DNA of 64,000 bases. Source: Octopus vulgaris (Eukaryota). Below, piece after piece: positions 54,160-64,000 of this stretch. The stretch spans positions 8,742,001 to 8,806,000 of the forward strand of contig OX597826.1 of the NCBI GenBank assembly GCA_951406725.2, in the 5' to 3' direction. Numbering within the stretch: the stretch's first letter is position 1; every line of letters begins with the position of its first letter. The notes beneath the pieces are model-generated. The model searched no databases and had not been told where the DNA came from. It saw only the letters and a program-made list of their open reading frames with translations. A program made the position numbers and the translations under genes.

Positions 54160-54796
54160 TCTATATATATAAAACTGTAGTTGTGTGAGTGTCTGTCCCC
54201 TTCGATTTAGATTCCTAACTACTCTCACATTTTGCGGTGCAGTTTAACCAAATTCGGGTAGCTTATAGTCGTGATTCATATCGAGCCCGTCTGACTATTA
54301 GCACGCGTCAACGATGAGTCTACGATTTTAAAAATAATTTAACATCATTTTTTTATTCCATTTTAATGCATAATTTTTCGTGTGTCGATGGCGGCGGAGT
54401 TGGCGTCCACGCTCACACCTGCACCTGTGGGGAAGGGAGTGTAAGGAAATCAACGTCGTAATGCGTTGTCAAGGAGACCAGCGTTCTTTTAGAACAACGA
54501 CTTCATGGCTTGAAGACACCAAAACAGAAATGGCTAAGAAAGCGTCTACATGAGTCTACGATTTAAAAAAAAATTTACCATCGTTTTTTTTCCATTTTAA
54601 TGCATTTTTTCGCTATTATATAAGGGAAGTAACTCTCTAAAAATGTCTACGATGAGTCAACGATTTAAAAAAAAATTTACCATCATATTTTTTCCATTTT
54701 TAATGCATTTTTTGCTATTTTTTGGCTATAACTCTCTAAAAATGCTTATATAGTTATTTCCCTTACAAACCCGAGCAACGCCGGGCGATACTGCTA

Positions 54797-54797
<1 letters not shown>
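54160..54797 (+). mobile_element. Non-autonomous Helitron
   Basis: A|TC...cccgagcaacgccggg...CTAG|T; internal repeats of gagtctacgatttaaaaa. Confidence 0.88.
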
Positions 54798-54843
<46 letters not shown>

Positions 54844-54882
54844 GTGTACTTACATATAAAAGAACAAAGTATACGTATGCTG

Positions 54883-54926
<44 letters not shown>

Positions 54927-55091
54927 CAAACAGCCGAAATTGCGAGGATATTCTGGTTCTTGACTGAAGATAGAAAACTTCGAATGACCCGTCCTTGTTT
55001 TCTTTGTATCGTCTATCTTTGGTTCGTCCCTTTGCGTATCACCTAGTTGTCCGGATGTTTTGCGTTCTTGTCCCATTTTGTATTATATACG

Positions 55092-55135
<44 letters not shown>

Positions 55136-55136
55136 A

Positions 55137-55188
<52 letters not shown>

Positions 55189-55869
55189 TAAAATATATAT
55201 ATGTGTGGGCTAAAATGCGCTATATATATATTATATATATAGTGATGGTTTGGGTCAGAAAAGCTATTCTAGAGAGGAAATTGTTATTAGATGCGGTTCT
55301 TAAACGGTCAGATATTTTTGATGATGTTGGTAATGTTTTATCAAATTGCGACCGTGATCTTTTGTTGCTTTTCTGCATCGGATATAGTGATCCGGGTTCG
55401 GTTTTTAAGTTTTGGAATTGTTAAATACTCCGGCTACACATTTAATAATGTAATTCTAAAAACAAATATCTTTACACAAGTTTACTTTTTCTTGTTTCAA
55501 CTAGAAGCTATGTCCTTGCTTTGGTAACAACATTGAACAACGTTTACCACGGTGGGATTTGAACTCAAAGCACAATAACAGGCATCATAAATAATTACGT
55601 CAGACGTTCTAACAAGTCAGCCAACTCAACGATGGAGTTAACCCAAATGTCTGTTTTGTCAGTTCATACAATTGCGTTTTGATGTGATTTCGTAGTCGAA
55701 ATAGTTGAATTGAAAAATTCAATTGTGAAAGCAATATATCACGTCAGTCTGTGTTCACAGAGACATTAGTGAGAAAAGATAGATTTTAGTGAATATCAAA
55801 TGAGTGAGGAAAGAATGCATATATATATATGTGTGTATACATACATACATACATACATACATACATACA

Positions 55870-55905
<36 letters not shown>

Positions 55906-56346
55906 TAGAGGCTTCTGCTCTGGAGATAAGAGGACAGTAGTGGAAACGTGTTTCTAGCTCAATAGCCATCGTCAGCACAGTTGCTCAAACATATCTGCAG
56001 TAACCTTGGGACTTAGACTTATACAAAAAGGGACTAGAACACATTTGTGGCGTAGGTAATTTACATAATTTGAACGAAAATCTAAGAGAAATAATCAGTG
56101 GCCAGTGAAACATATTTGAACAACATAAACAAACCAAACCAATCACAAACCAATCACACCTGTCACTCGCAAGCGAGTGTGACTTTGTAACTTGTACTGT
56201 GCTTCCGGTAATTGTTTTGGGTGCCTATGTAGCCACGGGTCGATATTCTTGATCCTGTCATACATGACACAGCGAAACACTGAGAATGTAACAGATGGAA
56301 GAAGAGAGGGTTGCACCAGCATTCGCCTTGTACTCATTTTGACAAT

Positions 56347-56958
56347 AATGGGTCGCCTACTCCAAACGCAAGGACACAATGGGTCCCCTGGTCCGAACAC
56401 AAGGACACAATGGGTCCCCTGGTCCGAACGCAAGGACACAATGGGTCGCCTGCTCCAAACGCAAGGACACAATGGGTCCCCTGTTCCGAACGCAAGGACA
56501 CAATAGGTCCCCTGGTCCAAACGCAAGGACACAATGGGTCGCCTGCTCCAAACGCAAGGACACAATGGGTCCCCTGGTCCGAACGCAAGGACACAATGAG
56601 TCGTCTGGTCCGAACGCAAGGACACAATGGGTCCCCTGCTCCAAACGCAAGGACACAATGGGTCCCCTGGTCCGAACGCAAGGACACAATGAGTCGTCTG
56701 GTCCGAACGCAAGGACACAATGGGTCCCCTGGTTCGAACGCAAGGACACAATGGGTCGCCTGCTCCGAACGCAAGGACACAATGGGTCCCCTGGTCCGAA
56801 TGCAAGGACACAATGCGTCCCCTGGTCCGAACGCAAGGACACAATGGGTCGCCCGGTTCAAAAGCAATGACACAATGCGTCACTTGGTCGGAACGCAAGG
56901 ACGCAAGGGGTCGCCTAGTTGAAACGCAAAGGCACAATGGGTAACCTGGTCCGAAAAC
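56347..56958. repeat. 31-bp GC-rich minisatellite (aatgggtcccctggtccgaacgcaaggacac), about 20 units
   Basis: Direct reading; the units are contiguous with no spacers. Confidence 0.97.
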
Positions 56959-58439
56959 CGAACCCACGGTCTCATGATCGTAAGCTTTATGGGACTCAAA
57001 TCCAACAGGAAATGATCAAGGAAAGAAGTCAGCGTTTACCATCTGCCGTTTTCGAGAGAGTGGTGATTTTGCCACCTTACAAGATCATTGCTATTCAGTA
57101 ATGTCAGCAGATGGAAGAAAAAATGTTGCTAATGAATAATGTAGTAAGAACAGGGCGACAGGAAAGGATATGAAAAATGGATTCAGATATTTCAGCTGAA
57201 GAAAAAAATAAGACAAAACACAGAACACTATGTACATAGAGTCAGATGACATCAGGCGGACAACAAATATACGAAGGACGAAAGAAAGAAAATCTATATT
57301 CTGGTCTTACAACTGAAATACACGGAACAGACCAAGGGACAGTTATGCATAGAAGTAACGCAGAAGTAAAGTAAATATTTGATTGTTCTTACAATATTCC
57401 TCGGACGGAAAGGAGAGAGAAATGGCGACGGGAGAGAAAGTAATTGACTTATGACAAAGACAGGTGAGTGGATTATGTAGTAAAAATCTTCCTGGGTGGG
57501 AGTGAGAGGGAGAGCAAGGTAGACTACGGGAGAGAGATGCGAGGACGATTACAAGAAAGACAAGAAGGAAAGAGGAAGAGATAGAAAGGCAATAGATGAA
57601 GAGAGAGTTATTCAAGGTTGACTGTACGGGAGATGCTCCACCATTTTTGTCGTTTACATTTCTCAGGCCAAACTCTCTATCGTTAGCTTTCGGGACACAC
57701 GGACTCAGCTTTTAATATATGTCAAAGTATAACAGTAAAAAAAATTACAAGGTAAAAGTTTTTATTTTTCTTTCTCTTCGAAATTGCTCTTAAATATGGT
57801 TTTGGTCGTTTTGACTGCTTTTTCTAGCGTTTAGTATTACCTGTTACTATTTTACATATGTACACGTACATGGAATGCTATTCAATGTCTGTCTTTAATG
57901 TCCCACAGACCAATCTCAGTCAGTTTTGAGGCATTTTTCGCTTAATTAGAATTCCCAGCAACTCTTCTATCTTGGAATCCACTGAGTTTAAGTCGTGTTA
58001 AATTTCTCAATAATAAACAAAATTTAAGCATTTTATTAATGTTTCAAAGTTTTTTTCGGTTTCATGACTAAATACTTGTTCTTCCTGTTTACAGAATGTA
58101 AAATATTGTGAAACATGAGTATGGTACGAATGCTCGTCCTGGTAGAAATAGCAGCTATGTACTTTTTTCCAAACCATTCCTTACCACCTTTTATATTTGA
58201 AGAGGCGTGGCAGACATACCTGATAATGTAGTCAGAGATACATTACGACTGAAAAGACGAGATTACCACGGCCAGAACGCCTTTTATCATTGGTGTATTA
58301 CATAACAGCAAGCCTAGGGTTAACCAGCAACAAGAATTGCACATTTGATAAAGTAGTCCTAAATACAATATGTCTGGAAATAATATTTTCTGCTTTGTCT
58401 GTTCGTATTTTATTTGTAATTTTGCAGTCGAAATAATTG

Positions 58440-58590
58440 AATTGGATTGAAAAATTGGATTCTGAAAGCAATATGTTATTGCCAGTCTGTGTTCATATAA
58501 ACGATAGTTCATGAAGGCGATAAAGAAAAACTCTGCCAGATTTCAATGAATATTAGATAGAAGAGGGCAGAGTGTTGATATAGAATAGTG
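58440..58590 (-). pseudogene. Possible second decayed GIY-YIG fragment
   Basis: KSGRVFLYRLHE / YRLYEHRLAI resembles GExGRxLxxRLxEH; upstream motif poorly preserved. Confidence 0.35.
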
Positions 58591-58717
58591 ACTTTTATGC
58601 CTTTCCCAGGTTTTCTTAAAAGAGAATTTACTTCCACACAACGATAACCAAATATACGTTATATAATGTTATATTATATTATATTACACACACACATACA
58701 TACACATATATTCATAT

Positions 58718-58754
<37 letters not shown>

Positions 58755-58756
<2 letters not shown>

Positions 58757-58987
58757 AATTCGGGAACAAAGAGAAAATAAGAACAGGATAAGCAACAAAA
58801 GTCAATTGAACGTACAGAGTGTATATATTGGATTGAGGCTCAGTGAAAGTATTTGAGAGGAAAATAGGTGTAAAAAATTTGACGTTTCGAGTATAGCTCT
58901 TCGTCGGATAAAGAAAGAAAGTCTCGGGAAGAGGAAAAGAAGGAAAGACCAGATAAATGCGAAGAAAAGTATGTGTGTTGTTGCATG

Positions 58988-58990
<3 letters not shown>
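58755..58990 (-). mobile_element. HHR family B, diverged copy between (TA)n tracts
   Basis: Motif at 58878-58911: CCGACGA A gag-cuaua-cuc GAAA CG UC aaa. Confidence 0.65.
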
Positions 58991-59048
<58 letters not shown>

Positions 59049-60054
59049 TGTACGAAATCCTTTACAGTTAGGTATATTTGAAAAAGAAAGGAATGACTCT
59101 AATCAATTTAACTTTAGTTTTTTAATAATTTAATTTTACAGTTTGGTTTGCAGATCTAGTGAGTTCTTTGTTAACTTCGGTGGGGAGATGTTTTAAAGAT
59201 CACTTGTTCACTTTTCTGGAGAAATTTCTTGCATTCGCTCGTGGCGATTGTCAAACTGACATCAGGTTGGGTTGTGCTGTGGGATTCTATATATAAGAGA
59301 TTTGGATGTGTCTGGATTGGGGTTGGGGTTTGTTAATAACTGTGTGAGTGAAGGAGTGTTGATGAACAAGAGCTGAAAGAAAATAGTGAAGGGTAAAAGC
59401 AAGATTGAAAGTGGAGTTGAGGTGAGGAGGAGTGTTTAAGGAGTCTTTTATGAAGGGCTTGCGAAAGTGCCCACCCTCTGGTTCCTTTTGAACAGTTGAC
59501 CTTTGGTGAAAAATATAATGGTCAGATGGCTGAATCAACTATCTTAATTTCATAAAGAGAAACTTCAGTAATTTTCTAAGTTTATGATGAGTTTAGGTGT
59601 GTGTCGGGGCGGGGAGGGGGTTAATGATGTGTAAGATACACCTGTTAATAAAAAGGGGATTATAGCAGAGATTTTTAAAAAATAAGGTTAGTTTTGGAAT
59701 ATTCGTTGATAGAAATGTACTTTTTATATTGGTTTGGGAGAGGAGGTAGGGAGATCATGCTAGCTTACATATAAACATACAAAAAGTATACACACATATA
59801 TATAAAATTAAATATGAGGATAAAATCTATATAAGAATTTATTAAGTAGTCAGCGTAAAAAAAACAAGCAAGGGGAAAATTTATGCAAGATATATAATTA
59901 ATTTATTCCCTTTTAAATACAGTTATCATATTAAAGCATTACCACATTTAAATGCTTCACACTATACAGGATTCTTAAAGTAAAAGCAACCTTAATAAAT
60001 ATGTAGTGTACAGACAGCGGGGGAATGCAAGTTGGAAGTCGTCTCTTAAAAGCT

Positions 60055-60129
60055 GATTCAGCCGCAAATCATGTGATTTCATAGTTATTGTACATAATCC
60101 ACTTTCTAATCGTCAGTGCAGGCATAATC
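60055..60129 (-). ncRNA. Type I hammerhead ribozyme with extended stem I
   Basis: gauu-au-gcc-u-gca CUGACGA u uag...cua u GAA A-UCA-ca-UGA-U U | ugc-ggc-ug-aauc; predicted cleavage between 60067 and 60066. Confidence 0.75.
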
Positions 60130-60343
60130 TGAACACGTAAAAATGAGCAAAATTCGCATACCAAACAAACACCAAATATATCCAACATAGCACATAGAAA
60201 TATTCACACTTATATATGTGAATCCATGTGAAAAGCGGGCTTTTCAAATTACATCTCGGTGCACGTGCATATTGGGAATAATTCAGAACTGAATATATTC
60301 CGATTAAATTTAAAATTAAATATAAGGATAAAATCTATATATA

Positions 60344-60765
60344 GGCGCAGGAGTGGTTGTGTGGTAAGTAGCTTGCTAACTAACCACATGGTTCCGGGTT
60401 CAGTCCCACTGCGTGGCATCTTGGGCAAGTGTCTTCAGCTATAGCCCCGGGCCGACCAATGCCTTGTGAGTGGATTTGGTGGACGGAAACTGAAAGAAGC
60501 CTGTCGTATATATGTATATACATATATATATGTACGTGCGTGTATGTGTTTGTGTGTCTGTGTTTGTCTCCCTAGCATTGCTTGACAACCGATGCTGGTG
60601 TATTTACATCCCCGTCACTTAGCGGTTCGGCAAAATAGACCGATAGAATAAGTACTGGGCTTACAAAGAATAAGTCCCGGGGTCGATTTGCTCGACTAAA
60701 GGCGGTGCTCCAGCATGGCCGCAGTCAAATGACTGAAACAAGTAAAAGAGTAAAAGAGTAAAGAG
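60344..60765 (+). mobile_element. SINE family 1, full-length reference copy
   Basis: ggcgcaggagtggttgtgtggtaag...ggcatcttgggcaagtgtc...(gtaaaaga)n tail; cleanly splits a repeat unit. Confidence 0.95.
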
Positions 60766-61300
60766 TATATGAATTTATCAAGTAGTCAGCGTGAAAAATC
60801 GATAAAAAGGAAATTTTATACAAAATATATAATTAATTTATTCCCTTTTAAATACATTTATTATATTAAGGGCATTACTACACGTAAATACCTCACGCTA
60901 TAAGGGACTCTTAAAGTCAAAACTGCCTTAATAAATATAGAGTGTACCGACAGCGAAGGAATGTAACGGGGAAGTCGTCTCTTAAAAACAGATTCAGCCG
61001 CAATGTACACTAACTACGAAATCATATGAGGAATGCGAGAAAGTTCTCCAGAAAAGTTAACAAGGAATCTTTAAAAAATCTCCCCACTGAAGTTAACAAA
61101 GAACTTCCTAGATCTGCAAACCAAACTGTAAAATTATATTAGTAAAAATTTTAATTTATTAGAACAACCTGTGAAGTCATTCTTTTCCTTTTTCAAATGA
61201 ACATACATACATACACACAACGGTTACATCATCGAAGTCTCAAAGTTATGAGATAATTCCTGATTAATACAACACAATACGAATGGATTAGCATTACATT

Positions 61301-61387
61301 TGACGGAGTAATCCGAATGACGGAGTGATCCGAATGACGGAGTGATACGAATGGCGGAGTTATCCGAATGACGGAGTAATCCGAATG
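61301..61387. repeat. 17-bp tandem repeat x5 (tgacggagtaatccgaa)
   Basis: Direct reading. Confidence 0.95.
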
Positions 61388-62071
61388 GGCCTGGCTATAT
61401 GATCGAAATTGGTTTAACTCAAATTATTGAGTGGAAGCCTTTAGGACGGCCTCAATAATTCTAAAGGCCTAAGCTTGCCATTTAACGCCACGCTGATTCT
61501 TTCTGAGGATTAGAATAATGGTATACGCATCTGAGAAATACTCAGCAACATATTGAACAATACAATGAGAATAAAACTCAGTTGATTAAACAATGGAAAC
61601 GCTCATTGTGGAAACATACAGTAAACCCAATTTATTCCCATATTTGAAAAACTGGTGGTGCCATTGCTTGATCACTAAGAACAAAAACACGAAATTTCAA
61701 CTTCATTCTATTAATCGCAACAAGAACTCTTCTGATGTTTCTATTTTAAAATCCGATTCTATTCTTTCCGATTCTTCTAGTTTTCGTCAGTTAGATTAAA
61801 TTTTCTTTCAATACATCATTAGAAATGGTTGTGTTACATCTGTTGCTAAACCAGCCATTGTAGAGGTCGGTTCTTTATAGTGAGTTTCGTCTTTATATAT
61901 TTCTTTGAATACATTCTTCATCTTATTCGCCTTTGTATGGAATATTGTTGTCAAATCAGAACAGGTGCTTCTGCTGTTTTTCTTTCTTTCCTTCATCGAG
62001 TACACAAAACAGTTCCAAACTTCATTAGCCCTGCTTTGGCAACAAAAGTGTAAGACGCCGGCGCAGCTAAC

Positions 62072-62225
62072 CGGCACAAGCGTAGCTGCGTTAAGAAATT
62101 TGCATAACAGGCGTATGGTTTTGAGTTCAGTTCCACTGCGTGGCACTTAGAGCAAGTGTCTTCTAAACTAATCTTGGGTCGACCAAAGTCTTCTGAGTGA
62201 ATTAGATCAACAGAAACTGAACGTC
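62072..62225 (+). mobile_element. SINE family 1 head, degenerate
   Basis: gagttcagttccactgcgtggcacttagagcaagtgtcttcta. Confidence 0.7.
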
Positions 62226-62482
62226 CATCCTATACATCCTTAATTTGGAAGTAGTAGTAACTAATACAAGCTTCCCAGGATGAGATACATCCGTTTGTGT
62301 GTGTCTTCGTGCGTGCATATGTGTAAACATACAAACATATAAACACGCATCAATAAATTTATAATTAGGTATATAAGCTTTTCTACATAGACAGACAGGA
62401 TGTATACATATATATATATAAGTGTGTGCGTGCATGTGTGTGTGTATATGTATGTATATTATTTAAAAATGATATGTTTTAC

Positions 62483-62676
62483 GTGCTACTATTAGTTTCA
62501 TGTGCTGAGACAATGCCAAACAGTGTTTTATAACACGTCTGGTGTCCTAGCACGATCATCGGACTCTGCCCACATGGTTATGCTATGTGAGCAGCGTCTG
62601 AGGATTGTGCTAACACACCTGACGTGTTATAAAACACTGTTTGGCATGTTCTCAACGCATGAAACTAATAGAGCAC
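62483..62676. repeat. Imperfect palindrome, arms about 95 bp (fold-back, MITE-like)
   Basis: ctattagtttcatg...atgccaaacagtgttttataacacgtc mirrored by gacgtgttataaaacactgtttggcat...catgaaactaatag. Confidence 0.9.
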
Positions 62677-62889
62677 ATAAAGACATATATTGTGCTTATT
62701 AATTAATATTTATCGCTCACCAGATGAAGTACATTTTTCGTTGATCTCACCATCACGGAACAGTACACTGTGTGTGTGTGTGCGTGTGTGTGTGTGTGTG
62801 TCTCTGTGTGTGTGTCTGTGTGCGTGTATGTGTGTGTATGTGTGTATGTGTGTATGTGTGTGTGTTGATTCACCAGAAGCGACAAATTA

Positions 62890-62980
62890 CAGTGTCTTTA
62901 CCGAACCGCTAAGTTACGGGGTCGTAAACACACCAGCAACGGTTGTCAAGCAGTGGTGGGAGTCGAACACAGACATAATG

Positions 62981-63039
<59 letters not shown>

Positions 63040-63320
63040 CATGTATGTATGTATGTATGTATGTATGTATATGTGTATGCATGTATGTATGCATGTATAT
63101 GTGTATGCATGTATGTATGTATGTATGTATGTATGTATATGTGTATGCATGTATGTATGTATGAATATTTGTATACATATGACTGTGTATGCATCTGTAT
63201 GTGCAAATATGTACACACAGAGACACACACACACGCACACACGCACATACGCACACTCACATACGCATGTCCATACACATACACACATGCACGACATCAG
63301 TAAAGCTTCGATTTACCAAA
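62890..63320 (-). mobile_element. SINE family 1, degenerate, with an expanded central microsatellite
   Basis: ccgaaccgctaagttacggggtcgtaaacacaccagcaacggttgtcaagc. Confidence 0.75.
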
Positions 63321-64000
63321 TTCCTCTGATATTGCCATTCCATAGGGATCTCGAATTACTTTATCAAACGTGTCCTTCTATTTTATAACACTAGATGGGT
63401 ATTTGAAAGAAGTTCGGCTGCTGTTGGGGCAGCTATGGATATCGAAACCCTGATTTACTTAATATCTCTCTCAGTCCACATCTCTCATCGCCATAGCTAC
63501 ACACATTCACACAACCCTCCATATATATATACATAACCCTTTCTTTCTCACAATTTCTCTTTCCCCTCTTTCTACCCCTCTCTGTTTTCCTCTCTTTCTC
63601 CAAATCTTTCTCTCCCTCTCCCCTTCCTCTTTGCTTCTCTCTCTCTCTCTCTCTCAATCTCTGTATGTATATATATATACATATATATACATATATATAT
63701 ATGGTCAATTCAAATAAGCGAATCAAAAACGAAAAGAAGGAAAACAAAGAACGTGAGGTATACATGTATGTGTGTATGTACGTATGTATGTATGTATGTA
63801 TGTATGTATGTATGTATGTATGTATGTATGTATGTATGTATGAATGTATGTATGTATGTATGTATGTTTGAATGTATATATATGTATGAATGTATGTATG
63901 TATGTATGAATGTATGTATGTATGTATGAATGTATATATATGTATGAATGTATGTATGTATGTATGAATGTATGTATGTATGTATGAATGTATGTATGTA

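Larger units (their letters stand above)
59803..61003 (-). mobile_element. Retrozyme/PLE-like tandem element (period about 508 bp, about 1.5 units) interrupted by a SINE
   Basis: 59803-60067 is repeated at 60311-60343 plus 60766-61003; HHR at the unit boundary; flanking inverted pair at about 59075-59250 and 61020-61198. Confidence 0.8.

Noticed and set aside
54961-54996. CTGAAGA...GAAT hammerhead candidate
   Set aside because: Lacks GAAA and convincing stems I and III
52650-55230. aaaatgcgctatatatata at both ends of a transposon pile, as a possible TSD
   Set aside because: Only about 9 non-microsatellite bases are shared; could be chance
56347-56958. CRISPR-like array (31-bp repeats)
   Set aside because: Units are contiguous with no unique spacers, no cas genes, eukaryotic context
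57420-57650. Possible PLE linker-region relic on the minus strand
   Set aside because: Only vague resemblance (RSLP...HPGRF); too degraded to support
61503-61550. CTGAGGA...GAAA candidate (also CTGATGA at 43691 and 43970, CTGAAGA at 40967 and 57196)
   Set aside because: No compatible stem I, stem III or UH triplet; expected by chance

Overview
Repeat-dominated animal DNA with no recognisable host protein-coding gene. It is most likely intronic or intergenic sequence from a coleoid cephalopod (Octopus-like), inferred from the SINE families and extreme microsatellite load. Nearly all listed ORFs are microsatellite artefacts. Real content: three tRNA-derived SINE families; LINE pieces from four clades (a young Tx1/L1-type 3' end inside a (GATA)n array, plus decayed R4/Dong, RTE and CR1); Tc1, mariner and Helitron remnants; Penelope-like (PLE) GIY-YIG relics; three minisatellites; and several long palindromes. 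The main hidden signal is about 12 type I hammerhead ribozyme (HHR) motifs, found by eye. They lie in short non-coding elements that mostly abut (TA)n tracts and have PLE/retrozyme-like tandem and inverted architecture. Several carry non-canonical cores (CUGUWGA, U3-A8, C4), and two copies end at or within a few nt of the predicted self-cleavage site. Two SINE families share their 3' tails with LINEs present in the same window. All folds and alignments are manual; nothing was computed or searched.
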